A DNA stretch of 64,000 bases, taken from contig JAIOYZ010000001.1 of the NCBI GenBank assembly GCA_021740845.1, positions 147,246-211,245 on the forward strand. Reading direction: 5' to 3'. Below, one piece after another: positions 20,615-33,345 of this stretch. The first letter of the stretch is position 1; each line of letters starts with the position of its first letter. This DNA comes from Bacteroidia bacterium (lineage in GTDB: Bacteria; Bacteroidota; Bacteroidia; UKL13-3). The notes under the pieces are model-generated. The model saw nothing but the letters and a program-made list of their open reading frames with translations, was not told where the DNA came from and searched no databases. Position numbers and translations under genes: made by a program.

Positions 20615-21172
20615 ATGACAGAAGAACAAGGATCAGAACAATTTAAATGGTATGTGGTGCGTGCAGTTACCGGACAAGAAAAGAAGGTAAAGCAGCAGCT
20701 AGAAGTTGAGCTCGAAAGAGCTGGCTTAACTACACAGGTTCCTCAGATTTTGATCCCTACTGAGAAAGTTTACCAAGTAAAAAATGGTAAAAAAACCAGC
20801 AAAGAAAAAGCATATCTGCCTGGTTATATTCTCATCAATGCGGATGTATCTGGAGAGGTTGGACATATCATTACTTCAGTAAATGGAGTAGTAGGGTTTT
20901 TAGGAGGAAAGGCAACACCAACTGCTTTACGTCCTTCTGAGGTTAGTCGCATTTTAGGTAATGTAGATGAAATCAGCGAACAAGGGGAAACCTTGGACGA
21001 ACCATATATAGTTGGTGAAAATGTGAAGGTGATCGACGGTCCATTTACTGGTTTCAGTGGTGTGATTGAAGAAGTAAGTGAAGATAAAAAGAAGTTAAAA
21101 GTTATGGTGAAAATCTTTGGAAGAAGAACTCCACTAGAACTCAACTTCGGTCAAGTAGAAAAAGAAAGTTAA
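20615..21172 (+). CDS. nusG: Transcription factor NusG
   Basis: WYVV...GQEKKV and the KOW VKVIDGPF...IFGRRTPLEL motifs. Confidence 0.98.
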   Translation: MTEEQGSEQFKWYVVRAVTGQEKKVKQQLEVELERAGLTTQVPQILIPTEKVYQVKNGKKTSKEKAYLPGYILINADVSGEVGHIITSVNGVVGFLGGKATPTALRPSEVSRILGNVDEISEQGETLDEPYIVGENVKVIDGPFTGFSGVIEEVSEDKKKLKVMVKIFGRRTPLELNFGQVEKES

Positions 21173-21217
21173 TTTTAGAATAAAGTTCGGTTCAAACCGA
21201 AAAAAAATTTAGATGTT

Positions 21218-21661
21218 ATGGCAAAAGAACTAACAGGTTTTATTAAGCTTCAAGTGAAGGGCGGCGCTGCTAATCCAGCTCCTCCAATTGGTCCAGCCTT
21301 GGGATCAAAGGGTGTAAATATCATGGAGTTTTGCAAGCAATTTAATGCAAGAACCCAAGATAAAGCAGGAAAAATTTTACCTGTTGTAATTAGTGTTTAC
21401 GCAGACAAATCGTTTGATTTTGTAATCAAAACTCCACCAGTAGCTGCTCAGTTATTGGAAGCTGCTAAGATTGCAAAAGGATCTGCTGAGCCTAACCGTA
21501 AAAAGAATGGTACCGTAACTTGGGAACAAGTGCGCAGTATCGCTGAAGATAAAATTGTAGATATGAACTGCTTTAAAGTAGAATCTGCAATGAAAATGGT
21601 AGCTGGAAGTGCCCGTAGTATGGGTTTAACCATTACCGGTGATAGTCCTCTAAACAATTAA
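21218..21661 (+). CDS. rplK: 50S ribosomal protein uL11
   Basis: [12 protein letters not shown] motif. Confidence 0.99.
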   Translation: MAKELTGFIKLQVKGGAANPAPPIGPALGSKGVNIMEFCKQFNARTQDKAGKILPVVISVYADKSFDFVIKTPPVAAQLLEAAKIAKGSAEPNRKKNGTVTWEQVRSIAEDKIVDMNCFKVESAMKMVAGSARSMGLTITGDSPLNN

Positions 21662-21673
21662 AATAATTAAGAG

Positions 21674-22372
21674 ATGGCAAGGATAAGTAAGAAAAGAAAA
21701 GAAGCTTTAAAGAAAGTTGATGCTGCAAAAGCATACTCCTTAATTGAAGCGTCTAAATTGGTAAAGGAAATCAGCTATACCAAATTCGATTCATCGGTAG
21801 ATATCGATGTTCGTTTAGGTGTTGATCCTAAGAAAGCAAACCAAATGGTACGTGGTGTTGTTGCCTTACCGCATGGTACAGGTAAAGACATTAAAGTGTT
21901 AGCTTTAGTTCCTGCAGATAAAGAAGCAGAAGCAATTGAAGCTGGTGCAGATTATGCTGGTTTGGATGAGTACATCCAAAAAATTGAACAAGGTTGGACC
22001 GATATAGATATTATCGTTACCGTTCCTGCAGTTATGGCTAAATTAGGTAAATTAGGTAAAATATTAGGTCCTCGTAACTTAATGCCTAATCCTAAAAGCG
22101 GAACTGTTACCCAAGAAATTGGTAAAACTGTAAAAGAAATTAAAGCAGGTAAAATCGATTTTAAAGTTGACAAAGAAGGTATTATCCATACTTCAATTGG
22201 TAAATCAACTTTTGCTCCAGAGAAATTATTCGAAAACGCTGTTGAGTTGATCCAAACTCTAGCTAAGATGAAACCATCTTCTGCAAAAGGAACCTACTTT
22301 AGAAGTGTACATGTTAGCAGTACAATGAGCCCGGGCATTACTGTTGATACAAAATCTATTCCTGGTATTTAA
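21674..22372 (+). CDS. rplA: 50S ribosomal protein uL1
   Basis: [18 protein letters not shown] and STMSPG motifs. Confidence 0.99.
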   Translation: MARISKKRKEALKKVDAAKAYSLIEASKLVKEISYTKFDSSVDIDVRLGVDPKKANQMVRGVVALPHGTGKDIKVLALVPADKEAEAIEAGADYAGLDEYIQKIEQGWTDIDIIVTVPAVMAKLGKLGKILGPRNLMPNPKSGTVTQEIGKTVKEIKAGKIDFKVDKEGIIHTSIGKSTFAPEKLFENAVELIQTLAKMKPSSAKGTYFRSVHVSSTMSPGITVDTKSIPGI

Positions 22373-22383
22373 TCTCATAATCA

Positions 22384-22905
22384 ATGAAAAAGGAAGAAAA
22401 AGAACTTGTAATTGACGCATTGGTTGAGAAATTTAACCAGTACAAGAATATCTACGTAACAGATATATCTAGTTTAAATGCTCAAAAAACTAGCGAATTA
22501 AGAAGATTATTATTCAAAAGTAATATCACTTTAGAAGTAGCTAAAAATACCCTAATCCAAAAAGCATTCGAGAAATCGAGTCGTGATTTTGGTTCTTTAA
22601 CAGATACATTAAAAGGTAATAGCGCCTTGATGTTCTGCGAAGACATGAAAGCCCCTGCAAAAGCAATTAAGGATTTCAGAAAGAAAGCAACCATTCCTAC
22701 TTTAAAAGGTGCTGTAATAGATGCTGATGTATTTATTGGTGATAACCAATTAGAAACTCTATTAACCTTAAAAACTAAGAATGAGTTAATCGGTGAAATT
22801 ATTGGATTATTACAATCACCTGCTCAAAATGTTATTAGTGCATTGCAATCTGGTGGAAATACCATTGCTGGTGTAGTAAAAACTTTATCTGAGCGTCCTG
22901 AGTAA
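22384..22905 (+). CDS. rplJ: 50S ribosomal protein uL10
   Basis: VAKNTLI motif and operon position. Confidence 0.97.
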   Translation: MKKEEKELVIDALVEKFNQYKNIYVTDISSLNAQKTSELRRLLFKSNITLEVAKNTLIQKAFEKSSRDFGSLTDTLKGNSALMFCEDMKAPAKAIKDFRKKATIPTLKGAVIDADVFIGDNQLETLLTLKTKNELIGEIIGLLQSPAQNVISALQSGGNTIAGVVKTLSERPE

Positions 22906-22958
22906 TATCAAAAAAAACAAAAAACATAACAATTAATAACAATTAAATTTTTAGAAAA

Positions 22959-23333
22959 ATGGCAGATTTAAAAGCGTTCGCGGAACAATTAGTTAACTTA
23001 ACTGTAAAAGAAGTTAATGAGTTAGCTAAAATTTTGAAAGATGAGTATGGTATTGAGCCTGCAGCTGCTGCTGTAGCTGTTGCCGGTCCTGCAGCTGCTG
23101 CTGCTGAAGCTCCAGCTGAAAAAACATCTTTTGATGTAATTTTGAAAGCTGCTGGTGCTAACAAACTTAACGTAGTTAAGATTGTAAAAGACCTTACCGG
23201 ACTTGGCTTGAAAGAAGCTAAAGAATTGGTAGACGGTGCTCCAAAACCAATCAAAGAAGGTGTTGACAAAGTAACTGCTGAAGACTTAAAAGCTAAGCTT
23301 ACTGAAGCAGGAGCCGAGATTGAACTTAAATAG
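22959..23333 (+). CDS. rplL: 50S ribosomal protein bL12
   Basis: Ala-rich hinge and [13 protein letters not shown]. Confidence 0.99.
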   Translation: MADLKAFAEQLVNLTVKEVNELAKILKDEYGIEPAAAAVAVAGPAAAAAEAPAEKTSFDVILKAAGANKLNVVKIVKDLTGLGLKEAKELVDGAPKPIKEGVDKVTAEDLKAKLTEAGAEIELK

Positions 23334-23355
23334 TTCTAAATCAATTGATTTTGAT

Positions 23356-23390
23356 ATGTGACCCCGACTAATGTCGTGGGTCACATCTTT
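23356..23390 (+). terminator. Hairpin/attenuator between rplL and rpoB
   Basis: ATGTGACCC-CGAC-TAAT-GTCG-T-GGGTCACAT followed by CTTTGTTT. Confidence 0.6.
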
Positions 23391-23438
23391 GTTTATGCAT
23401 ATCGTAGGATTGGTTAACTTTTTAATATAAATTATACA

Positions 23439-26400
23439 TTGGCCAAAATTAATAAAACGGCAGATGAGAGAATCTCATTCGCATCTGTCAATCCTGTAAT
23501 TGATTATCCAGATTTTTTGGATGTTCAGTTGCAGTCGTTCAGGGAATTCTTTCAGTTGGATACCACCTCTGAAAGTAGAACCAACGAAGGTTTGTACAAA
23601 GTGTTTCTGGAGAATTTCCCGATCACTGATACAAGAAATATCTTCGTATTGGAATTCCTTGACTATTTCGTTGATCCACCTCGCTACTCAATTGATGAGT
23701 GTATCGAGAGAGGATTAACTTATTCGGTGCCTCTTAAGGCTAAATTACGTTTGTCTTGTAACGACCCCGAGCACGAGGATTTTAAAACCATTGTGCAGGA
23801 CGTTTATTTGGGTACCATCCCTTATATGACACCTCGTGGTACTTTTGTTATCAATGGTGCTGAACGTATTATTGTTTCTCAATTACATCGTTCTCCAGGT
23901 GTATTCTTTGGTCAAAGTTACCATACCAATGGAACCAAGTTGTATTCAGCTAGGGTTATTCCATTTAAAGGTAGCTGGATTGAATTTGCTACAGACGTAA
24001 ATAACGTAATGTATGCTTACATCGATCGTAAGAAGAAGTTTCCTGTAACTACTTTGCTTCGTGCTATTGGATTTGAATCGGATAAAGATATCTTGAACCT
24101 ATTTGAATTAGCTGAAGAAGTAAAAGTAAGTAAATCTGGTTTGAAGAAAGTTCTTGGTCGTAAATTAGCGGCTAGGGTTCTTAGAACTTGGATTGAGGAT
24201 TTTGTGGATGAGGATACAGGAGAAGTGGTTTCAATCGAACGTAATGAAGTAATCATTGAACGCGATACCATTATCGAAGATGCTCATATTGATTTAATCG
24301 TTGAAGCAGAAGTTAAGACCATTCTTTTGCATAAAAACGAATCTAGTCATAATGACTTCGCAATTATTTTAAATACTTTACAAAAGGATACTGCAAATAG
24401 TGGTAAAGAGGCTCATGAGCATATCTATCGCCAGTTAAGGAATGCAGATCCACCTGATGAAGAAACAGCTCGTGGTGTAATTGAAAAATTATTCTTCTCT
24501 GAGAAACGTTACGATTTAGGTGATGTTGGCCGTTATAGAATTAACCGCAAGTTAAACAAAAACGAACCTTTGAGTAACCGTGTGTTAAGCAAAGATGATA
24601 TCGTTTCCATCATCAAATATCTAATTGAATTATCTAATTCAAGAGCAGATGTGGATGATATTGATCACTTGAGTAATCGTCGTGTACGTACCGTAGGAGA
24701 ACAATTATATTCTCAATTTGGTGTGGGTTTAGCGCGTATGGCGCGTACCATCCGTGAGCGTATGAACATTCGCGATAACGAGGTATTTACACCAACAGAT
24801 TTGATTAATGCTAAAACATTATCCTCTGTTATTAACTCGTTCTTTGGTACCAATCAGCTTTCACAATTCATGGATCAAACAAATCCATTGGCGGAAATCA
24901 CTCACAAGAGAAGGATGTCTGCCCTTGGACCTGGTGGTTTGAGTCGTGATCGTGCAGGTTTTGAGGTTCGTGACGTTCACTATACGCACTACGGTCGTTT
25001 GTGTACCATCGAAACTCCTGAAGGTCCAAATATCGGTTTGATTTCTTCTCTTTGTGTTCATGCCAAAATTAATGGTATGGGATTCATCGAAACTCCTTAT
25101 TTAAAGGTAGAAGATGGTAAAGTGAAAACTGGCGAAAAAGTTACTTATTTAAGTGCAGAAGATGAGGAAGGCAAGGTAATTGCTCAATCAAACGCTCGCT
25201 ACGATAATGAAGGTAACTTCTTAGATCATAAAATTAAAGCCCGTTACGAGGGTGACTTCCCAATGGTGGAGTCTGATAAGTTGGAGTTCATGGATATTGC
25301 TCCAAATCAGATTGTATCTATTGCCGCTTCACTTATTCCTTTCCTTGAACACAATGATGCGAATCGTGCATTGATGGGTTCAAACATGCAACGTCAGGCT
25401 GTGCCTTTATTGAAGCCACAAGCACCTGTAGTTGGAACTGGTTTGGAAGGTCGTGTTGCTAAAGATTCTCGTACCTTATTAATGGCTGAAGGTAATGGTG
25501 TTGTTGAATACGTAGATGCGAATGAAATTAAGATCCGCTACGAACAAACTGAAGTAGACAAATTAGTTAGCTTCGGTACAGATACCAAAACTTATCCATT
25601 GATTAAATTCCGTAGAACTAACCAAAACACTTGTATCAATTTAAAACCTATTGTTCGTAAAGGACAAAAAGTTGAGAAGGGTACTGTTTTATGTGAAGGT
25701 TATGCTACAGAAGGTGGCGAATTAGCATTGGGTAGAAACTTGCAAGTGGCTTTCATGCCTTGGCAAGGTTATAACTTTGAGGATGCGATTGTAATTTCTG
25801 AAAAGGTTGTGAAAGAAGATATTTTTACTTCTATACACATTACTGAGTACGAATTAGAAGTTCGTGATACAAAGCGTGGTGAAGAAGAATTAACCAATGA
25901 TATTCCTAACGTAAGTGAAGAAGCTACTAAGAACCTAGATGAAAACGGTTTGATCCGTGTAGGTTGCGAAGTAGGTGAAGGCGATATCCTAATTGGTAAA
26001 ATTACTCCTAAAGGTGAAACTGAACCTTCTCCAGAAGAAAAATTATTACGTGCTATCTTTGGCGACAAAGCTGGTGATGTAAAAGATGCTTCTTTAAAAG
26101 CTATTCCTTCAACTAACGGTGTGGTAATCGACAAGAAATTGTTTGCCCGCGTAAAGAAAGAGAAATCAGCTAAGCAGGATGATAAGGTGAAGTTGGCTAA
26201 ATTGAAAGATGAGCATGAGAAAAACTTAAAAGATATTAAAGATATCTTGGTAGAAAAATTATTCTCTATCCTTTCTGGTAAAACTTCTTCTGGTGTTTAC
26301 AATGTATACAACGAAGAAATTATTGCTAAAGGAAGTAAGTTTAGCATGAAGAATTTAAATGAGGTAGATTATTCAAATGTAATGGCCAACAATTGGACTG

Positions 26401-27254
26401 GCGATGCAGAAAAAAATGATTTAATCCGCACCATTTTAACCAACTTCAAAAACCGTCATAACCAAGAGTTAGCTGATTATAGAAGAAAAGAATATGCAAT
26501 TAGCGTTGGGGATGAATTACCAACAGGTATTCTTAAATTAGCTAAGGTTTACATAGCTCAAAAACGTAAGTTAAAAGTGGGTGATAAGATGGCTGGTCGT
26601 CACGGTAACAAGGGTATTGTTGCTCGTATCGTGCGCGAAGAAGATCTACCATTCATGGACAATGGAAAACCTGTAGATATCGTGTTGAACCCATTAGGTG
26701 TACCTTCACGTATGAACTTGGGTCAAATCTATGAAACTGTTTTAGGTTGGGCAGCAAAAGAATTGGATGTGAAATTTGCAACACCAATTTTTGATGGAGC
26801 TTCAGATGATCAAGTATTAGAATTTACTCGTAAAGCAGGAATTCCAGATTGGGGTAAAACCTATTTGAACGATGGTTTATCAGGAAATCGTTTTGATCAA
26901 CCTGTAACTGTAGGTGTAATTTATATTATCAAACTTGGTCACATGGTTGATGATAAGATGCATGCTCGTTCAATTGGACCATATTCATTAATTACACAAC
27001 AACCTTTGGGTGGTAAAGCTCAATTTGGTGGTCAGCGTTTTGGTGAGATGGAGGTTTGGGCATTGGAAGCATATGGTGCTGCTAATATCTTACAGGAAAT
27101 CTTAACCTTGAAGTCTGATGATATCATTGGTCGTGCGAAGACTTACGAAGCCATTGTGAAAGGCGATAACTTGCCTACACCTGGTATTCCAGAGTCGTTC
27201 AATGTATTGGCACATGAATTACGTGGTTTAGGTTTAGAACTTACACTTGAGTAA
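23439..27254 (+). CDS. rpoB: RNA polymerase beta subunit
   Basis: TTG start. [20 protein letters not shown] and GGQRFGEME motifs. Confidence 0.99.
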   Translation: MAKINKTADERISFASVNPVIDYPDFLDVQLQSFREFFQLDTTSESRTNEGLYKVFLENFPITDTRNIFVLEFLDYFVDPPRYSIDECIERGLTYSVPLKAKLRLSCNDPEHEDFKTIVQDVYLGTIPYMTPRGTFVINGAERIIVSQLHRSPGVFFGQSYHTNGTKLYSARVIPFKGSWIEFATDVNNVMYAYIDRKKKFPVTTLLRAIGFESDKDILNLFELAEEVKVSKSGLKKVLGRKLAARVLRTWIEDFVDEDTGEVVSIERNEVIIERDTIIEDAHIDLIVEAEVKTILLHKNESSHNDFAIILNTLQKDTANSGKEAHEHIYRQLRNADPPDEETARGVIEKLFFSEKRYDLGDVGRYRINRKLNKNEPLSNRVLSKDDIVSIIKYLIELSNSRADVDDIDHLSNRRVRTVGEQLYSQFGVGLARMARTIRERMNIRDNEVFTPTDLINAKTLSSVINSFFGTNQLSQFMDQTNPLAEITHKRRMSALGPGGLSRDRAGFEVRDVHYTHYGRLCTIETPEGPNIGLISSLCVHAKINGMGFIETPYLKVEDGKVKTGEKVTYLSAEDEEGKVIAQSNARYDNEGNFLDHKIKARYEGDFPMVESDKLEFMDIAPNQIVSIAASLIPFLEHNDANRALMGSNMQRQAVPLLKPQAPVVGTGLEGRVAKDSRTLLMAEGNGVVEYVDANEIKIRYEQTEVDKLVSFGTDTKTYPLIKFRRTNQNTCINLKPIVRKGQKVEKGTVLCEGYATEGGELALGRNLQVAFMPWQGYNFEDAIVISEKVVKEDIFTSIHITEYELEVRDTKRGEEELTNDIPNVSEEATKNLDENGLIRVGCEVGEGDILIGKITPKGETEPSPEEKLLRAIFGDKAGDVKDASLKAIPSTNGVVIDKKLFARVKKEKSAKQDDKVKLAKLKDEHEKNLKDIKDILVEKLFSILSGKTSSGVYNVYNEEIIAKGSKFSMKNLNEVDYSNVMANNWTGDAEKNDLIRTILTNFKNRHNQELADYRRKEYAISVGDELPTGILKLAKVYIAQKRKLKVGDKMAGRHGNKGIVARIVREEDLPFMDNGKPVDIVLNPLGVPSRMNLGQIYETVLGWAAKELDVKFATPIFDGASDDQVLEFTRKAGIPDWGKTYLNDGLSGNRFDQPVTVGVIYIIKLGHMVDDKMHARSIGPYSLITQQPLGGKAQFGGQRFGEMEVWALEAYGAANILQEILTLKSDDIIGRAKTYEAIVKGDNLPTPGIPESFNVLAHELRGLGLELTLE

Positions 27255-27325
27255 AATAATAATCGCAGGTAAAGGATTGGTTCAAACCAACTCTTTACCT
27301 GCTTCACATTAAAACAACCGCAAAC

Positions 27326-30300
27326 ATGTCTTTGAAAAAAGAAGTAAAAATAAAAGCGAATTTTACCAAAATACGCATTGGATTGGCCTCTCCTGAGAAC
27401 ATCCTTACGCGCTCATTTGGTGAAGTTACAAAACCGGAAACCATCAACTACCGCTCCTTTAAGCCGGAGATGGGGGGATTGTTTTGCGAGAGAATCTTTG
27501 GCCCAATTAAAGATTACGAATGTCATTGTGGAAAATACAAGCGTATTCGCTACAAAGGTATTGTGTGTGATCGTTGTGGTGTGGAAGTAACCGAAAAGAA
27601 AGTAAGAAGAGAACGCATGGGTCATATCAACCTAGTTGTTCCTGTTGCTCATATTTGGTATTTCCGTTCTTTACCTAATAAAATTGGTTATTTATTAGGA
27701 ATACCTTCCAAGAAATTGGATATGGTGGTTTACTACGAACGTTATTTAGTATGCCAACCAGGTATTAAAACAAATGATGGTGTTCAAACACTTGATATGT
27801 TAACTGAAGAAGAGTATTTAGATATTTTAGATACTTTACCAAAGGATAACCAACATTTAGATGATGCTGATCCAAATAAATTCATCGCCAAAATGGGTGG
27901 TGAAGCTCTTTGGTTTATGTTGTCTAAAATTGATTTAGATACTTTAAGTTTCGACTTACGTATTAAAGCAAATACAGAAACTTCTCAGCAACGTAAAAAC
28001 GAAGCTTTGAAGCGTTTGAAAGTAATTGAAGGATTCCGTAACTCTCAACGTCATGGCGAAAACCGCCCTGAGTGGATGGTAGTAAAGATTCTTCCAGTTA
28101 TTCCACCAGAATTACGTCCTTTAGTTCCATTGGAAGGTGGTCGTTTTGCAACTTCAGATTTGAACGATTTATACCGTCGTGTAATTATTCGTAATAACCG
28201 TTTGAAGCGTTTGATGGAGATTAAAGCTCCTGAAGTAATTCTTCGTAACGAGAAGCGTATGTTACAAGAGGCAGTAGATTCATTATTTGATAATACTCGT
28301 CGTGTAAGTGCTGTTAAAACTGAAGGTAACCGTCCTTTGAAATCTTTGAGCGATATGCTTAAAGGTAAACAAGGTCGTTTCCGTCAAAACTTATTAGGTA
28401 AACGTGTAGATTACTCTGGCCGTTCGGTTATTGTGGTTGGTCCGAACCTAAAATTACATGAGTGCGGTATTCCCAAAAATATGGCTGCTGAATTATTCAA
28501 GCCATTCGTTATCCGTAAACTTCTTGAGCGTGGTATCGTTAAAACGGTAAAATCAGCTAAGAAATTAGTAGATCGTAAAGAAGCTATCATTTGGGATATT
28601 CTTGAAAATATATTGAAAGGTCATCCTATTCTTTTGAACAGGGCCCCTACACTACATAGATTGGGTATCCAAGCATTCCAACCTAAATTGGTAGAAGGAA
28701 AAGCAATTCAATTACACCCATTGGTTTGTACTGGTTTTAACGCGGATTTTGACGGTGACCAAATGGCTGTTCACGTTCCTCTTGGAAACGCTGCAGTTTT
28801 GGAAGCCCAATTATTGATGTTAGCGCCACACAATATCTTGAACCCTGCCAACGGAGCGCCGATTACGGTTCCTTCTCAGGACATGGTTCTTGGTTTGTAC
28901 TACATTACCAAAGGTCGTAAGCATACTGAAGAATTCCCAATCAAAGGCGAAGGCTTAAGATTTTACTCTTCTGAAGAAGCTATTATTGCTTACAATGAAG
29001 GAAAAGTTCATTTACATGCATGGGTGAAAGTTCGTGCTAATGTGAAAGAAAATGGCGAGTTGGTAAGTAGGGTTATTGATACAACAATGGGTAGAATTTT
29101 ATTCAACCAAGTTGTACCTGCAACACATGGATATATCAATGAATTATTAACTAAGAAATCATTACGTGATATTATTGGTAATATGTTCAAAGAAGTTGGT
29201 CAAGACCATTGCGCTCACTTCCTTGATGATATTAAATATTTAGGATTCCAATATGCATTCCGTGGAGGTTTGTCGTTTAACTTGTCTTATGTAAATATCC
29301 CTGACGAAAAAGAGGTATTTATTAAACAAGCGCAAGCTGAAGTGGATGAGATTTGGGATAACTATAACAATGGATTTATTACCAATAATGAGCGTTACAA
29401 CCAGGTTATTGATATCTGGACTCGTATTAACTCTCGTTTGGCTGATACCTTGTTAAAACAATTAAAGGAAGACCAACAAGGATTCAACCCAGTTTACATG
29501 ATGTTGGATTCTGGAGCGAGGGGTTCTAAAGAGCAAATTCGTCAGTTAGGTGGTATGAGGGGATTGATGGCGAAACCTCAAAAGAACTTGAGTGGAGGAA
29601 CTGGAGAGATTATTGAAAATCCAATTCTTTCCAACTTTAAAGAAGGTCTTTCGGTTATTGAATACTTTATATCTACACACGGTGCGCGTAAAGGTTTGGC
29701 CGATACGGCTTTGAAAACTGCGGATGCGGGTTACTTAACACGTAGGTTGCATGACGTTGCTCAAGATGTTGTAGTAAATAGTTTTGATTGTGGAACCTTA
29801 CGTGGTATTCCAATCAGTTCATTGAAAGACAACGAGGAAGTTGTAGAAACTTTATACGAACGTATCTTAGGTAGAACAAGTGTTCATGATATTTACGATC
29901 CATTAAGTGGTGAGTTAATTTGTAACGCTGGCGACGAAATCAATGAAGAGATTGCTCAGAAAATTGAGGATTCTCCAATTGAAACCCTTGAAATTCGTTC
30001 GGTATTAACTTGCGAAACCCGTTATGGTGTTTGTTGTAAGTGCTACGGAAGAAGCATGTCAACTGGTAGAGATGCCAGAATTGGTGATGCCGTAGGAGTT
30101 ATTGCAGCTCAATCAATTGGTGAGCCTGGTACACAGCTTACACTTCGTACCTTCCACGTGGGTGGTACCGCATCTAACATTGCCTCTGAATCTCAGATGG
30201 TGGCTAAGTTTGCAGGTATCCTTGAATTTGAAGAAATTAGAACAACTGACTTGAAAAACGAAGAAGGTGCAATCGATACCGTTATAGTTGGTCGTCAGGG

Positions 30301-31606
30301 TGAGATTCGAATTTTGGATGAGAAAACACGTAATCCAATTATTACCATAAATATTCCTTACGGTGCACACTTGAAGGTTAAAAATGGTGAAGTGGTTGAA
30401 AAAGGTACATTAATTTGTACTTGGGATCCATACAATGCGGTTATTATTTCTGAATTCTCGGGTAAAGTTTCATTTGAAAATATCATCGAAAATGTAAACT
30501 ACAAAGAGGAAAGTGACGAACAAACTGGTCACAAAGAAAAAGTAATTGTAGAAAGTAGAGATAAAACTAAGATTCCTTCAATCATTGTATCTGAAGGAAA
30601 AGATAAAGCAAGCAAAGAATACAATTTACCAGTGGGTGCCCATATCATTATTGAGAATGGACACAAGATTAAAGCTGGTGAGATTTTGGTGAAGATTCCA
30701 CGTATTGTTGGAAAAACCCGAGATATCACTGGAGGTCTTCCAAGGGTAACTGAATTGTTTGAAGCACGTAATCCTTCTAACCCTGCTATCGTTACAGAAA
30801 TTGATGGTGTTGTTACTTTTGGTGGTATCAAACGTGGTAATCGTGAAATCATGATTACTTCAAAAGATAGCGAACAAAAGAAATACCTAGTACCACTTTC
30901 TAAACATATCTTGGTTCAAGAAAACGATTTCGTGAAAGCCGGTTCATCTTTATCTGATGGTTCTATTTCACCTCAAGATATCTTGCGTATCGAAGGACCT
31001 TTAGCGGTTCAACGTTATATCGTAAATGGTATCATGGAGGTTTATCGTTTGCAGGGTGTAAAAATCAACGACAAGCACGTTGAGGTAATCATTCGTCAGA
31101 TGATGAAACACGTTGAAGTTGGTGATCCTGGTGATACTACCTTCTTGGAAGGTGAGTTTGTAACTCGTTGGGATTTGAAACAAGCAAACGATTGGATTTA
31201 CGATAAGAAAGTAGTTCTTGAGGCTGGTGATTCAACAACAGTTAAGCCAGGTCAGATTATCAGTGTAAGAAAATTACGCGATGAGAACTCTCAATTGAAA
31301 CGTAAAGACATGAAATTGGTTGAGGTTAGAGATGCACAATCTGCTACTGTAACTCAAATTATCATGGGTATTACCAAGGCAAGTTTGGGTACACATAGCT
31401 TTATGAGTGCTGCATCCTTCCAGGAAACTACCAAAGTATTGAACGAAGCTGCTATTTCGGGTAAAGTTGATAGAATGTTAGGTTTGAAAGAAAACGTAAT
31501 TGTTGGTCACTTAATTCCTGCAGGTACTGGTATTCGTGATTACGAAAAATTGGTTGTAGGTTCTAAAGAAGAATACGATTTGTTAATGGCTTCGAAAGAA
31601 GATTAG
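27326..31606 (+). CDS. rpoC: RNA polymerase beta' subunit
   Basis: NADFDGD catalytic motif and zinc-binding Cys clusters. Confidence 0.99.
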   Translation: MSLKKEVKIKANFTKIRIGLASPENILTRSFGEVTKPETINYRSFKPEMGGLFCERIFGPIKDYECHCGKYKRIRYKGIVCDRCGVEVTEKKVRRERMGHINLVVPVAHIWYFRSLPNKIGYLLGIPSKKLDMVVYYERYLVCQPGIKTNDGVQTLDMLTEEEYLDILDTLPKDNQHLDDADPNKFIAKMGGEALWFMLSKIDLDTLSFDLRIKANTETSQQRKNEALKRLKVIEGFRNSQRHGENRPEWMVVKILPVIPPELRPLVPLEGGRFATSDLNDLYRRVIIRNNRLKRLMEIKAPEVILRNEKRMLQEAVDSLFDNTRRVSAVKTEGNRPLKSLSDMLKGKQGRFRQNLLGKRVDYSGRSVIVVGPNLKLHECGIPKNMAAELFKPFVIRKLLERGIVKTVKSAKKLVDRKEAIIWDILENILKGHPILLNRAPTLHRLGIQAFQPKLVEGKAIQLHPLVCTGFNADFDGDQMAVHVPLGNAAVLEAQLLMLAPHNILNPANGAPITVPSQDMVLGLYYITKGRKHTEEFPIKGEGLRFYSSEEAIIAYNEGKVHLHAWVKVRANVKENGELVSRVIDTTMGRILFNQVVPATHGYINELLTKKSLRDIIGNMFKEVGQDHCAHFLDDIKYLGFQYAFRGGLSFNLSYVNIPDEKEVFIKQAQAEVDEIWDNYNNGFITNNERYNQVIDIWTRINSRLADTLLKQLKEDQQGFNPVYMMLDSGARGSKEQIRQLGGMRGLMAKPQKNLSGGTGEIIENPILSNFKEGLSVIEYFISTHGARKGLADTALKTADAGYLTRRLHDVAQDVVVNSFDCGTLRGIPISSLKDNEEVVETLYERILGRTSVHDIYDPLSGELICNAGDEINEEIAQKIEDSPIETLEIRSVLTCETRYGVCCKCYGRSMSTGRDARIGDAVGVIAAQSIGEPGTQLTLRTFHVGGTASNIASESQMVAKFAGILEFEEIRTTDLKNEEGAIDTVIVGRQGEIRILDEKTRNPIITINIPYGAHLKVKNGEVVEKGTLICTWDPYNAVIISEFSGKVSFENIIENVNYKEESDEQTGHKEKVIVESRDKTKIPSIIVSEGKDKASKEYNLPVGAHIIIENGHKIKAGEILVKIPRIVGKTRDITGGLPRVTELFEARNPSNPAIVTEIDGVVTFGGIKRGNREIMITSKDSEQKKYLVPLSKHILVQENDFVKAGSSLSDGSISPQDILRIEGPLAVQRYIVNGIMEVYRLQGVKINDKHVEVIIRQMMKHVEVGDPGDTTFLEGEFVTRWDLKQANDWIYDKKVVLEAGDSTTVKPGQIISVRKLRDENSQLKRKDMKLVEVRDAQSATVTQIIMGITKASLGTHSFMSAASFQETTKVLNEAAISGKVDRMLGLKENVIVGHLIPAGTGIRDYEKLVVGSKEEYDLLMASKED

Positions 31607-31625
31607 GCAACAAATATTTTAATAG

Positions 31626-31662
31626 AAACGGTCTTCATTGAAAAATGAAGACCGTTTTTTTT
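31626..31662 (+). terminator. Rho-independent terminator after rpoC
   Basis: AAACGGTCTTCATT...AATGAAGACCGTTT followed by a T run. Confidence 0.9.
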
Positions 31663-31771
31663 ATGTGTAAACTTTTAGTTTTTGTTGACCCTAAATTATC
31701 CATTCTATTTTGATATTTATTGCTGTAGGTTAAAAGAATACTACCTTTGGCTGGTTAATAAAAATGGAATC

Positions 31772-32803
31772 ATGACGGATTATAAACTTACCGAATACTC
31801 TCATATGGCGGGTTGCGGATGTAAAATTGCACCTGCAGATTTGGAGAAAATTTTATGCGAAAGAAGCAGTGTTTCCTTTAAGGAATTATTGGTAGGAAAC
31901 CATAGCAATGATGATGCAGCTGTTTGGGATTTGGGCAATGGCACCTCTGTAATGAACTCCGTAGATTTTTTTATGCCAATTGTTAACGATCCATTTGATT
32001 TTGGTAGAATTGCTTCTGCAAATGCCATTAGCGATATTTATGCCATGGGAGGAAAGCCTCTTTTTGCCAATGCCCTATTAGGATGGCAAATTGGTGTATT
32101 GCCTTTGGAATTGGCTAATAAGGTAATGGAAGGTGCATTGGAAGTTTGCAAAGATGCTGGTATTCCTTTGGCTGGCGGACATAGCATAGACACCAAAGAG
32201 CCATTGTTTGGTTTAAGTGTTACTGGCTCTGTGGCAAATGAAAATTTAAAAAGAAACGATTGCCCACAGGTTAATGATAAACTATTTCTTACCAAGGCTC
32301 TAGGAACAGGAATCATAGGAACTGCAATTAAAAGAGGCTTAGCCGAGGAACAACATGCAAAGCTTGCTATAGAATCCATGTGCACACTTAATAAAATTGG
32401 CGAGAAATTAAGTAAACTTAATGGTGTTCATGCTTTAACAGATGTTACTGGTTTTGGCTTAATTGGTCATCTAATAGAAATGTGTGGTAATTCCTTTTCT
32501 GCTGAATTGAATTGGGATAAAGTTCCAAGATTTCCTTTTCTAGAATCCTATTTGGTTCAAAACGTAATACCTGATAATACCTATAGAAATTGGAATGCCT
32601 ATGAGAAAAAAGTAGATGGTATTTTAGATATGACATCCTTTCAAATTTTAAACGACCCACAAACAAGCGGAGGTTTATTGATTGCAGCTTCTCCAGAAAT
32701 TGAAGAGGAGTTGGTTCAACTCTTAAAAGAAAATGGAATAAACTTTTTTGAGCCTATTGGGTCTATTTTAAAACGAAATGACAAAACCATTTTGGTTAAA
32801 TAG
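31772..32803 (+). CDS. selD: Selenide, water dikinase (Cys-type)
   Basis: KLTEYSHMAGCGCKI, DDAAV, DFFMPIV.DP.DFG, GGHS, TDVTGFGL.GH and DPQTSGGLL. Start is the ATG at 31772; TACCTTTG promoter element at 31742. Confidence 0.95.
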   Translation: MTDYKLTEYSHMAGCGCKIAPADLEKILCERSSVSFKELLVGNHSNDDAAVWDLGNGTSVMNSVDFFMPIVNDPFDFGRIASANAISDIYAMGGKPLFANALLGWQIGVLPLELANKVMEGALEVCKDAGIPLAGGHSIDTKEPLFGLSVTGSVANENLKRNDCPQVNDKLFLTKALGTGIIGTAIKRGLAEEQHAKLAIESMCTLNKIGEKLSKLNGVHALTDVTGFGLIGHLIEMCGNSFSAELNWDKVPRFPFLESYLVQNVIPDNTYRNWNAYEKKVDGILDMTSFQILNDPQTSGGLLIAASPEIEEELVQLLKENGINFFEPIGSILKRNDKTILVK

Positions 32804-32844
32804 ATTGTATTTGTTTTATTCGTAATAATTAAAACAAATACTTT

Positions 32845-33285
32845 ATGCTTAAGAAATTTTTTATCCTTGGTTTCTTTTTAACCCTTACTTTAAGTTCCTT
32901 CTCGCAGAAAATTGATGATGTAGTGGGTGTTTGGATCAACCCAGCAGCCACAGGAAAAATCAAAATTTTTAGAACTGGAGATTATTTTTATGGTAATTTA
33001 GTATGGATTGATAAGCCTTTAGACGATAAAGGTAACCCAAGGTTAGATGATAAGAACCCAGATGTTAGCAAGCGCTCTAGAAAGTTGCAAGGCTTATTAA
33101 TGCTAACTGGATTTACTTTCGACCCAAGTTCTAAGGTATGGGAAAATGGCCAGATTTACGACCCTAAAAGTGGTAAAACCTATAGTTGCAAAATGACCAT
33201 GAATAGCAATGGTGAATTAGATATTAGAGGCTTTATTGGCTTGTCTGTTATTGGTAGAAGCGAAACTTGGAAAAGAGTTGAATAA
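32845..33285 (+). CDS. DUF2147-family secreted protein
   Basis: Signal peptide, WENGQIYDPKSGKTY and RGFIG...GRSETW.R. Confidence 0.9.
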   Translation: MLKKFFILGFFLTLTLSSFSQKIDDVVGVWINPAATGKIKIFRTGDYFYGNLVWIDKPLDDKGNPRLDDKNPDVSKRSRKLQGLLMLTGFTFDPSSKVWENGQIYDPKSGKTYSCKMTMNSNGELDIRGFIGLSVIGRSETWKRVE

Positions 33286-33345
33286 AAACCTATAGTGTTT
33301 TGCTCAGTTCTTATTCTTAATTTGCCGCTGCATTAAATTATTTCC

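Noticed and set aside
31682..31771. Longer selD N-terminus or a selenocysteine codon
   Set aside because: The extension covers the promoter region. The active-site motif is GCGCK with Cys codons and no in-frame TGA.
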